Assembly: GCA_046563655.1 (NCBI GenBank)
Contig: JAJCTO010000009.1
Coordinates: 1,054,001-1,118,000, forward strand
Origin: Yuukianura sp. NJ FZ-2021
Taxonomy: Eukaryota
DNA: 64,000 nt
Direction of reading: 5' to 3'
The notes beneath the pieces were generated by a model. That model ran no database searches, was not told where the DNA came from, and saw only the letters and a program-made list of their open reading frames with translations. The position numbers and the translations under genes were made by a program. Positions 20,901 through 35,900 of the stretch are shown here, one piece after another (the stretch's first letter is position 1; every line of letters starts with the position of its first letter).

Positions 20901-23900
20901 AAGTTTAATTGGTGTGGATAAATCGCAATTAAATCTGGTTAGAGCGTACTTAAAAGTCTGAATGAACCGCTCTGCCTCAGATTTTATCTTGGGTTGGAAT
21001 ACGGCACCCAGGGTAATGTCGAGCACCATTTTGACGCAAAACGACTTAAATTTGTGAGAATGAACATGCAAATGTGAGAATGAACAGAAAGTAAATTACA
21101 TTTTTGAAATCCTCATAAAAAGTTTTACAGGAACCCACTTTCACTTGCTGTGTCGTTTCTCATCTTGTTACCTTTATTTATGAAAATTCATGTTTCAAAA
21201 CAAAGAATTCAAAAGAAATACATTCCAGAACGATGCTGGGTAAAAGTCAACTATATTTTTGAAATCCTCATAAAAAGGGCTACAGGAACCCACTTTCACT
21301 TGCTGTGTCGTCCATCATCTTGTTACTTTATTTATAAAAATTCATGTTTCAAAACAAAGAATTCAAAAGAAATGCATTCCAGAACGATGCTGGGTAAAAG
21401 TCAACAATATTTTTGAAATCCTCATAAAAAGGGCTACAGGAACCCACTTTCACTTGCTGTGTTCTCCCTCATCTTGTGACTTTTTTTAATGAAAATTTGT
21501 TTCAAAACAAATCATTCAAAAAACCTCCACGCGGAGCGATGCCGGGTGAAAAGGAGTTACTTTTCTGAAATCCTCCTGAAAAGTACTACAGGAACCCAAA
21601 TTTAATTGGCGTGCATAGATCGCAATTACATCTGGTTAGAGCGTACTTAAAAGTCTGAATGAACCGCTCTGCCGCGGATTTTGTTTTGGTTTGGAATACG
21701 GCACCCAGGGCAATGTCGAGCACCATTTTGACGCAAAACGACTTAAATTTGTGAGAATGAACATGCAAATGTGAGAATGAACAGAAAGTAAATTACATTT
21801 TTGAAATCCTCATAAAAAGTGCTACAGGAACCCACTTTCACTTGCTGTGTCGTTTCTCATCTTGTTACCTTTATTTATGAAAATTCATGTTTCAAAACAA
21901 AGAATTCAAAAGAAATGCATTCCGGAACGATGCTGGGTAAAAGTCAACTATATTTTTGAAATCCTCATAAAAAGGGCTACAGGAACCCACTTTCACTTGC
22001 TGTGTCGTCCCTCATCTCGTGACTTTTTTTATGAAAATTTGTTTCAAAACAAATCATTCAAAAAAACTCCACGCGGAGCGATGCCGGGTGAAAATGAGTT
22101 ACTTTTCTGAAAACCTCCTGAAAAGTACTACAGGAACCCAAGTTTAATTGGTGTGGATAAATCGCAATTAAATCTGGTTAGAGCGTACTTAAAAGTCTGA
22201 ATGAACCGCTCTGCCTCAGATTTTATCTTGGGTTGGAATACGGCACCCAGGGTAATGTCGAGCACCATTTTGACGCAAAACGACTTAAATTTGTGAGAAT
22301 GAACATGCAAATGTGAGAATGAACAGAAAGTAAATTACATTTTTGAAATCCTCATGAAAAGGGCTACAGGAACCCACTTTCACTTGCTGTTTCGTTTCTC
22401 ATCTTGTTACCTGTATTTATGAAAATTCATGTTTCAAAACAAAGAATTCAAAAGAAATACATTCCAGAACGATGCTGGGTAAAAGTCAACTATATTTTTG
22501 AAATACTCATAAAAAGGGCTACAGGAACCCACTTTCACTTGCTGTGTCGTCCATCATCTTGTTACTTTATTTATAAAAATTCATGTTTCAAAACAAAGAA
22601 TTCAAAAGAAATACATTCCAGAACGATGCTGGGTAAAAGTCAACAATATTTTTGAAATCCTCATAAAAAGGGCTACAGGAACCCACTTTCACTTGCTGTG
22701 TCGTCCCTCATCTTGTGACTTTTTTTAATGAAAATTTGTTTCAAAACAAATCATTCAAAAAACCTCCACGCGGAGCGATCCCGGGTGAAAAGGAGTTACT
22801 TTTCTGAAATCCTCCTGAAAAGTACTACAGGAACCCAAATTTAATTGGCGTGGATATGTCGCAATTAAATCTGGTTAGAGCGTACTTAAAAGTCTGAATG
22901 AACCGCTCTGCCGCGGATTTTATCTTGGGTTTGGAATACGGCACCCAGGGCAATGTCGAGCACCATTTTGACGCAAAACGACTTAAATTTGTGAGAATGA
23001 ACATGCAAATGTGAGAATGAACAGAAAGTAAATTACATTTTTGAAATCCTCATAAAAAGAGCTACAGGAACCCACTTTCACTTGCTGTGTCGTTTCTCAT
23101 CTTGTTACCTTTACTTATGAAAATTCATGTTTCAAAACAAAAAATTCAAAAGAAATGCATTCCGGAACGATGCTGGGTAAAAGTCAACTATATTTTTGAA
23201 ATCCTCATGAAAAGGGCTACAGGAACCCACTTTCACTTGCTGTGTCGTCCATCATCTTGTTACCTTTATTTATGAAAATTCATGTTTCAAAACAAAGAAT
23301 TCAAAAGAAATGCATTCCAGAACGATGCTGGGTAAAAGTCAACAATATTTTTGAAATCCTCATAAAAAGGGCTACAGGAACCCACTTTCACTTGCTGTGT
23401 TCTCCCTCATCTTGTGACTTTTTTTTAATGAAAATTTGTTTCAAAACAAATCATTCAAAAAACCTCCACGCGGAGCGATGCCGGGTGAAAAGGAGTTACT
23501 TTTCTGAAATCCTCCTGAAAAGTACTACAGGAACCCAAATTTAATTGGCGTGGATAGATCGCAATTAAATCCGGTTAGCGCGTACTTAAAAGTGTGTATG
23601 AACCGCTCTGTCTCGAATATTATCTTGGGTTGGAATACGGCACCCAGGGCAATGTCGAGCACCATTTTGACGCAAAACGACTTAAATTTGTGAGAATGAA
23701 CATGCAAATGTGAGAATGAACAGAAAGTAAATTACATTTTTGAAATCCTCATAAAAAGTGCTACAGGAACCCACTTTCACTTGCTGTGTCGTCCCTCATC
23801 TCGTGACTTTGTTTTATGAAAATTTGTTTCAAAACAAATCATTCAAAAAACCTCCACGCGAAGCGATGCCGGGTGAAAAGGAGTTACTTTTCTGAAATCC

Positions 23901-26900
23901 TCCTGAAAAGTACTACAGGAACACAAGTTTAATTGGCGTGGATAGATCGCAATTAAATCTGGTTAGAGCGTACTTAAAAGTCTGAATGAACCGCTCTGCC
24001 TCAGATTTTATCTTGGGTTGGAATACGGCACCCAGGGCAATGTCGAGCACCATTTTGACGCAAAACGACTTAAATTTGTGAGAATGAACATGCAAATGTG
24101 AGAATGAACAGAAAGTAAATTACATTTTTGAAATCCTCATAAAAAGGGCTACAGCAACCCACTTTCACTTGCTGTGTCGTCCATCATCTTGTTACTTTAT
24201 TTATGAAAATTCATGTTTCAAAACAAATCATTCGAAAAACCTCCACGCGGAGCGATGCCGGGTGAAAAGGAGTTACTTTTCTGAAATCCTCCTGAAAAGT
24301 ACTACAGGAACACAAGTTTAATTGGCGTGGATAGATCGCAATTAAATCTGGTTAGAGCGTACTTACAAGTCTGAATGAACCGCTCTGCCTCAGATTTTAT
24401 CTTGGGTTGGAATACAGCACCCTGGGCAATGTCGAGCACCATTTTGACGCAAAACGACTTAAATTTGTGAGAATGAACATGCAAATGTGAGAATGAACAG
24501 AAAGTAAATTACATTTTTGAAATCCTCATAAAAAGTGCTACAGGAACCCACTTTCACTTGCTGTGTCGTCCCTCATCTTGTTACCTTTATTTATGAAAAT
24601 TCATGTTTCAAAACAAAGAATTCAAAAGAAATACATTCCAGAACGATGCTGGGTAAAAGTCAACTATATTTTTGAAATACTCATAAAAAGGGCTACAAGA
24701 ACCCACTTTCACTTGCTGTGTCGTCCCTCATCTTGTGACCTTTTTTTATGAAAATTTGTTTCAAAACAAATCATTCGAAAAACCTCCACGCGGAGCGATG
24801 CCGGGTGAAAAGGAGTTACTTTTCTGAAATCCTCCTGAAAAGTACTACAGGAACCCAAGTTTAATTGGCGTGGATAGGTCGCAATTAAATCTGGTTAGAG
24901 CGTACTTAAAAGTCTGAATGAACCGCTCTGCCGCGGATTTTATGTTGGTTTGGAATACGGCACCCAGGGCAATGTCGAGCACCATTTTGACGCAAAACGA
25001 CTTAAATTTGTGAGAATGAACATGCAAATGTGAGAATGAACAGAAAGTAAATTACATTTTTGAAATCCTCATAAAAAGTGCTACAGGAACCCACTTTCAC
25101 TTGCTGTGTCGTTTCTCATCTTGTTACCTTTATTTATGAAAATTCATGTTTCAAAACAAAGAATTCAAAAGAAATGCATTCCGGAACGATGCTGGGTAAA
25201 AGTCAACTATATTTTTGAAATCCTCATAAAAAGGGCTACAGGAACCCACTTTCACTTGCTGTGTCGTCCCTCATCTCGTGACTTTTTTTATGAAAATTTG
25301 TTTCAAAACAAATCATTCAAAAAAACTCCACGCGGAGCGATGCCAGGTGAAAATGAGTTACTTTTCTGAAATCCTCCTGAAAAGTACTACAGGAACCCAA
25401 GTTTAATTGGTGTGGATAAATCGCAATTAAATCTGGTTAGAGCGTACTTAAAAGTCTGAATGAACCGCTCTGCCTCAGATTTTATCTTGGGTTGGAATAC
25501 GGCACCCAGGGTAATGTCGAGCACCATTTTGACGCAAAACGACTTAAATTTGTGAGAATGAACATGCAAATGTGAGAATGAACAGAAAGTAAATTACATT
25601 TTTGAAATCCTCATAAAAAGTGCTACAGGAACCCACTTTCACTTGCTGTTTCGTTTCTCATCTTGTTACCTGTATTTATGAAAATTCATGTTTCAGAAAA
25701 AAGAATTCAAAAGAAATGCATTCCAGAACGATGCTGGGTAAAAGTCAACAATATTTTTGAAATCCTCATAAAAAGGGCTACAGGAACCCACTTTCACTTG
25801 CTGTGTTCTCCCTCATCTTGTGACTTTTTTTAATGAAAATTTGTTTCAAAACAAATCATTCAAAAAACCTCCACGCGGAGCGATGCCGGGTGAAAAGGAG
25901 TTACTTTTCTGAAATCCTCCTGAAAAGTACTACAGGAACCCAAATTTAATTGGCGTGGATAGGTCGCAATTAAATCTGGTTAGAGCGTACTTAAAAGTCT
26001 GAATGAACCGCTCTGCCGCGGATTTTATTTTGGTTTGGAATACGGCACCCAGGGCAATGTCGAGCACCATTTTGACGCAAAACGACTTAAATTTGTGAGA
26101 ATGAACATGCAAATGTGAGAATGAACAGAAAGTAAATTACATTTTTGAAATCCTCATAAAAAGAGCTACAGGAACCCACTTTCACTTGCTGTGTCGTTTC
26201 TCATCTTGTTACCTTTATTTATGAAAATTCATGTTTCAAAACAAAGAATTCAAAAGAAATGCATTCCGGAACGATGCTGGGTAAAAGTCAACTATATTTT
26301 TGAAATCCTCATAAAAAGGGCTACAGGAACCCACTTTCACTTGCTGTGTCGTCCCTCATCTTGTTACCTGTATTTATGAAAATTCATGTTTCAAAACAAA
26401 GAATACAAAAGAAATGCACGCGGAACGATGCCGGGTAAAAGTCAACTATATTTTTGAAATCCTCCTGAAAAGTACTACAGGAACCCAAGTTTAATTGGTG
26501 TGGATTCTCATCGCAATTAAATCATGGTTAGAGCGTACTTAAAAGTCTGAATGAACCGCTCTGCCTCAGATTTTATCTTGGGTTGGAATACGGCACCCAG
26601 GGTAATGTCGAGCACCATTTTGTTACGCAAAACGACTTAAATTTGTGAGAATGAACATGCAAATGTGAGAATGAACAGAAAGTAAATTACATTTTTGAAA
26701 TCCTCATAAAAAGTGCTACAGGAACCCACTTTCACTTGCTGTTTCGTTTCTCATCTTGTTACCTGTATTTATGAAAATTCATGTTTCAGAAAAAAGAATT
26801 CAAAAGAAATGCATTCCAGAACGATGCTGGATAAAAGTCAACTATATTTTTGAAATCCTCATAAAAAGGGCTACAGGAACCCACTTTCACTTGCTGTGTC

Positions 26901-29900
26901 GTCCATCATCTTGTTACTTTATTTATGAAAATTCATGTTTCAAAACAAAGAATTCAAAAGAAATACATTCCAGAACGATGCTGGGTAAAAGTCAACTATA
27001 TTTTTGAAATACTCATAAAAAGGGCTACAGGAACCCACTTTCACTTGCTGTGTCGTCCCTCATCTTGTGACTTTTTTTTATGAAAATTTGTTTCAAAACA
27101 AATCATTCAAAAAACCTCCACGCGGAGCGATCCCGGGTGAAAAGGAGTTACTTTTCTGAAATCCTCCTGAAAAGTACTACAGGAACCCAAATTTAATTGG
27201 CGTGGATATGTCGCAATTAAATCTGGTTAGAGCGTACTTAAAAGTCTGAATGAACCGCTCTGCCGCGGATTTTGTTTTGGTTTGGAATACGGCACCCAGG
27301 GCAATGTCGAGCACCATTTTGACGCAAAACGACTTAAATTTGTGAGAATGAACATGCAAATGTGAGAATGAACAGAAAGTAAATTACATTTTTGAAATCC
27401 TCATAAAAAGAGCTACAGGAACCCACTTTCACTTGCTGTGTCGTTTCTCATCTTGTTACCTTTATTTATGAAAATTCATGTTTCAAAACAAAAAATTCAA
27501 AAGAAATGCATTCCGGAACGATGCTGGGTAAAAGTCAACTATATTTTTAAAATCCTCATGAAAAGGGCTACAGGAACCCACTTTCACTTGCTGTGTCGTC
27601 CATCATCTTGTTACCTTTATTTATGAAAATTCATGTTTCAAAACAAAGAATTCAAAAGAAATGCATTCCAGAACGATGCTGGGTAAAAGTCAACAATATT
27701 TTTGAAATCCTCATAAAAAGGGCTACAGGAACCCACTTTCACTTGCTGTGTTCTCCCTCATCTTGTGACTTTTTTTAATGAAAATTCATGTTTCAAAACA
27801 AATCATTCAAAAAACCTCCACGCGGAGCGATGCCGGGTGAAAAGGAGTTACTTTTCTGAAATCCTCCTGAAAAGTACTACAGGAACCCAAATTTAATTGG
27901 CGTGGATAGATCGCAATTAAATCCGGTTAGCGCGTACTTAAAAGTGTGTATGAACCGCTCTGTCTCGAGTATTATCTTGGGTTGGTATACGGCACCCAGG
28001 GCAATGTCGAGCACCATTTTGACGCAAAACGACTTAAATTTGTGAGAATGAACATGCAAATGTGAGAATGAACAGAAAGTAAATTACATTTTTGAAATCC
28101 TCATAAAAAGAGCTACAGGAACCCACTTTCACTTGCTGTGTCGTCCCTCATCTCGTGACTTTGTTTTATGAAAATTCATGTTTCAAAACAAATCATTCAA
28201 AAAACCTCCACGCGAAGCGATGCCGGGTGAAAAGGAGTTACTTTTCTGAAATCCTCCTGAAAAGTACTACAGGAACCCAAGTTTAATTGGAGTGGATAGA
28301 TCGCAATTAAATCTGGTTAGAGCGTACTTAAAAGTCTGAATGAACCGCTCTGCCTCAGATTTTATCTTGGGTTGGAATACGGCGCCCAGGGCAATGTCGA
28401 GCACCATTTTGACGCAAAACGACTTAAATTTGTGAGAATGAACATGCAAATGTGAGAATGAACAGAAAGTAAATTACATTTTTGAAATCCTCATAAAAAG
28501 TGCTACAGGAACCCACTTTCACTTGCTGTGTCGTCCCTCATCTCGTGACTTTGTTTTATGAAAATTTGTTTCAAAACAAATCATTCAAAAAACCTCCACG
28601 CGGAGCGATGCCGGGTGAAAAGGAGTTACTTTTCTGAAATCCTCCTGAAAAGTACTACAGGAACCCAAATTTAATTGGCGTGGATAGGTCGCAATTAAAT
28701 CTGGTTAGAGCGTACTTAAAAGTCTGAATGAACCGCTCTGCCGCGCATTTTATTTTGGTTTGGAATACGGCACCCAGGGCAATGTCGAGCACCATTTTGA
28801 CGCAAAACGACTTAAATTTGTGAGAATGAACATGCAAATGTGAGAATGAACAGAAAGTAAATTACATTTTTGAAATCCTCATAAAAAGAGCTACAGGAAC
28901 CCACTTTCACTTGCTGTGTCGTTTCTCATCTTGTTACCTTTATTTATGAAAATTCATGTTTCAAAACAAAGAATTCAAAAGAAATGCATTCCGGAACGAT
29001 GCTGGGTAAAAGTCAACTATATTTTTGAAATCCTCATGAAAAGGGCTACAGGAACCCACTTTCACTTGCTGTTTCGTTTCTCATCTTGTTACCTGTATTT
29101 ATGAAAATTCATGTTTCAGAAAAAAGAATTCAAAAGAAATGCATTCCAGAACGATGCTGGATAAAAGTCAACTATATTTTTGAAATCCTCATAAAAAGGG
29201 CTACAGGAACCCACTTTCACTTGCTGTGTCGTCCATCATCTTGTTACCTTTATTTATGAAAATTCATGTTTCAAAACAAAGAATTCAAAAGAAATGCATT
29301 CCAGAACGATGCTGGGTAAAAGTCAACAATATTTTTGAAATCCTCATAAAAAGGGCTACAGGAACCCACTTTCACTTGCTGTGTTCTCCCTCATCTTGTG
29401 ACTTTTTTTTTATGAAAATTTGTTTCAAAACAAATCATTCAAAAAACCTCCACGCGGAGCGATGCCGGGTGAAAAGGAGTTACTTTTCTGAAATCCTCCT
29501 GAAAAGTACTACAGGAACCCAAATTTAATTGGCGTGGATAGATCGCAATTAAATCCGGTTAGCGCGTACTTAAAAGTGTGTATGAACCGCTCTGTCTCGA
29601 GTATTATCTTGGGTTGGTATACGGCACCCAGGGCAATGTCGAGCACCATTTTGACGCAAAACGACTTAAATTTGTGAGAATGAACATGCAAATGTGAGAA
29701 TGAACAGAAAGTAAATTACATTTTTGAAATCCTCATAAAAAGAGCTACAGGAACCCACTTTCACTTGCTGTGTCGTCCCTCATCTCGTGACTTTGTTTTA
29801 TGAAAATTTGTTTCAAAACAAATCATTCAAAAAACCTCCACGCGGAGCGATGCCGGGTGAAAAGGAGTTACTTTTCTGAAATCCTCCTGAAAAGTACTAC

Positions 29901-32900
29901 AGGAACCCAAGTTTAATTGGAGTGGATAGATCGCAATTAAATCTGGTTAGAGCGTACTTAAAAGTCTGAATGAACCGCTCTGCCTCAGATTTTATCTTGG
30001 GTTGGAATACGGCACCCAGGGCAATGTCGAGCACCATTTTGACGCAAAACGACTTAAATTTGTGAGAATGAACATGCAAATGTGAGAATGAACAGAAAGT
30101 AAATTACATTTTTGAAATCCTCATAAAAAGTGCTACAGGAACCCACTTTCACTTGCTGTGTCGTCCCTCATCTCGTGACTTTGTTTTATGAAAATTTGTT
30201 TCAAAACAAATCATTCAAAAAACCTCCACGCGGAGCGATGCCGGGTGAAAAGGAGTTACTTTTCTGAAATCCTCCTGAAAAGTACTACAGGAACCCAAAT
30301 TTAATTGGCGTGGATAGATCGCAATTAAATCCGGTTAGCGCGTACTTAAAAGTGTGTATGAACCGCTCTGTCTCGAGTATTATCTTGGGTTGGTATACGG
30401 CACCCAGGGCAATGTCGAGCACCATTTTGACGCAAAACGACTTAAATTTGTGAGAATGAACATGCAAATGTGAGAATGAACAGAAAGTAAATTACATTTT
30501 TGAAATCCTCATAAAAAGAGCTACAGGAACCCACTTTCACTTGCTGTGTCGTCCCTCATCTCGTGACTTTGTTTTATGAAAATTCATGTTTCAAAACAAA
30601 TCATTCGAAAAACCTCCACGCGGAGCGATGCCGGGTGAAAAGGAGTTACTTTTCTGAAATCCTCCTGAAAAGTACTACAGGAACACAAGTTTAATTGGCG
30701 TGGATAGATCGCAATTAAATCTGGTTAGAGCGTACTTACAAGTCTGAATGAACCGCTCTGCCTCAGATTTTATCTTGGGTTGGAATACGGCACCCAGGGC
30801 AATGTCGAGCACCATTTTGACGCAAAACGACTTAAATTTGTGAGAATGAACATGCAAATGTGAGAATGAACAGAAAGTAAATTACATTTTTGAAATCCTC
30901 ATAAAAAGTGCTACAGGAACCCACTTTCACTTGCTGTGTCGTCCCTCATCTCGTGACTTTGTTTTATGAAAATTTGTTTCAAAACAAATCATTCAAAAAA
31001 CCTCCACGCGGAGCGATGCCGGGTGAAAAGGAGTTACTTTTCTGAAATCCTCCTGAAAAGTACTACAGGAACCCAAATTTAATTGGCGTGCATAGATCGC
31101 AATTAAATCTGGTTAGAGCGTACTTAAAAGTCTGAATGAACCGCTCTGCCGCGGATTTTATTTTGGGTTGGAATACGGCACCCAGGGCAATGTCGAGCAC
31201 CATTTTGACGCAAAACGACTTAAACTTGTGAGAATGAATATGCAAATGTGAGAATGAACAGAAAGTAAATTACATTTTTGAAATCCTCATAAAAAGTGCT
31301 ACAGGAACCCACTTTCACTTGCTGTGTCGTTTCTCATCTTGTTACCTTTACTTATGAAAATTCATGTTTCAAAACAAAGAATTCAAAAGAAATGCATTCC
31401 GGAACGATGCTGGGTAAAAGTCAACTATATTTTTGAAATCCTCATGAAAAGGGCTACAGGAACCCACTTTCACTTGCTGTTTCGTTTCTCATCTTGTTAC
31501 CTGTATTTATGAAAATTCATGTTTCAGAAAAAAGAATTCAAAAGAAATGCATTCCAGAACGATGCTGGATAAAAGTCAACTATATTTTTGAAATCCTCAT
31601 AAAAAGGGCTACAGGAACCCACTTTCACTTGCTGTGTCGTCCATCATCTTGTTACTTTATTTATGAAAATTCATGTTTCAAAACAAAGAATTCAAAAGAA
31701 ATACATTCCAGAACGATGCTGGGTAAAAGTCAACTATATTTTTGAAATACTCATAAAAAGGGCTACAGGAACCCACTTTCACTTGCTGTGTCGTCCCTCA
31801 CCTTGTTACTTTTATTTATGAAAATTCATGTTTCAAAACAAAGAATTCAAAAGAAATGCATTCGCGGAACGATGCTGGGTGAAAAGTCAACTATATTTTT
31901 GAAATCCTCATGAAAAGGGCTACAGGAACCCACTTTCACTTGCTGTGGATAGATCGCAATTAAATCTTGTTAGAGCTGTACTTATGAAAAGTCTGAATGA
32001 TTTTGACGCAAAACGAATTCAAAATGAACATGCAAATTCCAGAACGATGCTGGGTAAAAGTCAACAATATTTTTGAAATCCTCATAAAAAGGGCTACAGG
32101 AACCCACTTTCACTTGCTGTGTCGTCCCTCATCTTGTGACTTTTTTTAATGAAAATTTGTTTCAAAACAAATCATTCAAAAAACCTCCACGCGGAGCGAT
32201 GCCGGGTGAAAAGGAGTTACTTTTCTGAAATCCTCCTGAAAAGTACTACAGGAACCCAAATTTAATTGGCGTGGATAGGTCGCAATTAAATCTGGTTAGA
32301 GCGTACTTAAAAGTCTGAATGAACCGCTCTGCCGCGGATTTTATTTTGGTTTGGAATACGGCACCCAGGGCAATGTCGAGCACCATTTTGACGCAAAACG
32401 ACTTAAATTTGTGAGAATGAACATGCAAATGTGAGAATGAACAGAAAGTAAATTACATTTTTGAAATCCTCATAAAAAGAGCTACAGGAACCCACTTTCA
32501 CTTGCTGTGTCGTTTCTCATCTTGTTACCTTTACTTATGAAAATTCATGTTTCAAAACAAAGAATTCAAAAGAAATGCATTCCGGAACGATGCTGGGTAA
32601 AAGTCAACTATATTTTTGAAATCCTCATGAAAAGGGCTACAGGAACCCACTTTCACTTGCTGTTTCGTTTCTCATCTTGTTACCTGTATTTATGAAAATT
32701 CATGTTTCAGAAAAAAGAATTCAAAAGAAATGCATACCAGAACGATGCTGGATAAAAGTCAACTATATTTTTGAAATCCTCATAAAAAGGGCTACAGGAA
32801 CCCACTTTCACTTGCTGTGTCGTCCATCATCTTGTTACCTTTATTTATGAAAATTCATGTTTCAAAACAAAGAATCCAAAAGAAATGCATTCCGGAACGA

Positions 32901-35900
32901 TGCTGGGTAAAAGTCAACTATATTTTTGAAATCCTCATGAAAAGGGCTACAGGAACCCACTTTCACTTGCTGTGTCGTTTCTCATCTTGTTACTTGTATT
33001 TATGAAAATTCATGTTTCAAAACAAAGAATTCAAAAGAAATGCATTCCAGAACGATGCTGGGTAAAAGTCAACAATATTTTTGAAATCCTCATAAAAAGG
33101 GCTACAGGAACCCACTTTCACTTGCTGTGTCGTCCCTCATCTCGTGACTTTGTTTTATGAAAATTTGTTTCAAAACAAATCATTCAAAAAACCTCCACGC
33201 GGAGCGATGCCGGGTGAAAAGGAGTTACTTTTCTGAAATCCTCCTGAAAAGTACTACAGGAACCCAAGTTTAATTGGAGTGGATAGATCGCAATTAAATC
33301 TGGTTAGAGCGTACTTAAAAGTCTGAATGAACCGCTCTGCCGCGGATTTTATTTTGGTTTGGAATACGGCACCCAGGGCAATGTCGAGCACCATTTTGAC
33401 GCAAAACGACTTAAATTTGTGAGAATGAACATGCAAATGTGAGAATGAACAGAAAGTAAATTACATTTTTGAAATCCTCATAAAAAGAGCTACAGGAACC
33501 CACTTTCACTTGCTGTGTCGTTTCTCATCTTGTTACCTTTACTTATGAAAATTCATGTTTCAAAACAAAGAATTCAAAAGAAATGCATTCCGGAACGATG
33601 CTGGGTAAAAGTCAACTATATTTTTGAAATCCTCATGAAAAGGGCTACAGGAACCCACTTTCACTTGCTGTTTCGTTTCTCATCTTGTTACCTGTATTTA
33701 TGAAAATTCATGTTTCAGAAAAAAGAATTCAAAAGAAATGCATTCCAGAACGATGCTGGATAAAAGTCAACTATATTTTTGAAATCCTCATAAAAAGGGC
33801 TACAGCAACCCACTTTCACTTCCTGTGTCGTCCATCATCTTGTTACCTTTATTTATGAAAATTCATGTTTCAAAACAAAGAATTCAAAAGAAATGCATTC
33901 CGGAACGATGCTGGGTAAAAGTCAACTATATTATTGAAATCCTCATAAACAGGGCTACAGGAACCCACTTTCACTTGCTGTGTTCTCCCTCATCTTGTGA
34001 CTTTTTTTTATGAAAATTTGTTTCAAAACAAATCATTCGAAAAACCTCCACCCGGAGCGATGCCGGGTGAAAATGAGTTACTTTTCTGAAATCCTCCTTA
34101 AAAGTACTACAGGAACCCAAATTTAATTGGCGTGCATAGATCGCAATTAAATCCAGTTAGCGCGTACTTAAAAGTCTGTATGAACCGATCTGTCTCGAAT
34201 ATTATCTTGGGTTGGTATACGGCACCCAGGGCAATGTCGAGCACCATCTTGACGCAAAACGACTTAAATTTGTGAGAATGAACATGCAAATGTGAGAATG
34301 AACAGAAAGTAATATATATTTTTGAAATCCTCATAAAAAGGGCTACAGGAACCCACTTTCACTTGCTGTGTCGTCCCTCATCTCGTGACTTTTTTTTATG
34401 AAAATTTGTTTCAAAACAAATCATTCAAAAAACCTCCACGCGGAGCGATGCCAGGTGAAAATGAGTTACTTTTCAGAAATCCTCTTGAAAAGTACTACAG
34501 GAACCCAAGTTTAATTGGAGTGGATAGATCGCAATTACATCTGGTTAGAGCGTACTTAAAAGTCTGAATGAACCGCTCTGCCGCGGATTTTATTTTGGGT
34601 TGGAATACGGCACCCAGGGCAATGTCGAGCACCATTTTGACGCAAAACGACTTAAACTTGTGAGAATGAATATGCAAATGTGAGAATGAACAGAAAGTAA
34701 ATTACATTTTTGAAATCCTCATAAAAAGGGCTACAGGAACCCACTTTCACTTGCTGTGTCGTCCCTCATCTCGTGACTTTTTTTATGAAAATTCATGTTT
34801 CAAAACAAATCATTCAAAAAACCTGCACGCGGAACGATGCCGGGTGAAAATGAGTTACTTTTCTGAAATCCTCCTTAAAAGTACTACAGGAACCCAAATT
34901 TAATTGGCGTGCATAGATCGCAATTACATCTGGTTAGAGCGTACTTAAAAGTCTGAATGAACCGCTCTGCCGCGGATTTTATTTTGGGTTGGAATACGGC
35001 ACCCAGGGCAATGTCGAGCACCATTTTGACGCAAAACGACTTAAACTTGTGAGAATGAATATGAAAATGTGAGAATGAACAGAAAGTCAACTATATTATT
35101 GAAATCCTCATGAAAAGGGCTACAGGAACCCACTTTCACTTGCTGTGTCGTTTCTCATCTTGTTACCTTTATTTATGAAAATTCATGTTTCAAAACAAAG
35201 AATTCAAAAGAAATGCATTCCGGAACGATGCTGGGTAAAAGTCAACTATATTTTTGAAATCCTCATAAAAAGGGCTACAGGAACCCACTTTCACTTGCTG
35301 TGTCGTCCCTCATCTTGTTACCTTTATTTATGAAAATTCATGTTTCAAAACAAAGAATTCAAAAGAAATGCATTCCTGAACGATGCTGGGTAAAAGTCAA
35401 GTATATTTTTGAAATCCTCATAAAAAGGGCTACAGGAACCCACTTTCACTTGCTGTGTCGTTTCTCATCTTGTTACCTTTATTTATGAAAATTCATGTTT
35501 CAAAACAAAGAATTCAAAAGAAATGCATTCCAGAACGATGCTGGGTAAAAGTCAACAATATTTTTGAAATCCTCATAAAAAGGGCTACAGGAACCCACTT
35601 TCACTTGCTGTGTTCTCCCTCATCTTGTGACTTTTTTTTTATGAAAATTTGTTTCAAAACAAATCATTCAAAAAACCTCCACGCGGAGCGATGCCGGGTG
35701 AAAAGGAGTTACTTTTCTGAAATCCTCCTGAAAAGTACTACAGGAACCCAAATTTAATTGGCGTGGATAGATCGCAATTAAATCTGGTTAGAGCGTACTT
35801 AAAAGTCTGGGTGAACCGCTCTGCCTCGGAGTTTATCTTGGGTTGGAATACGGCACCCAGGGCAATGTCGAGCACCATTTTGACGCAAAACGACTTAAAT

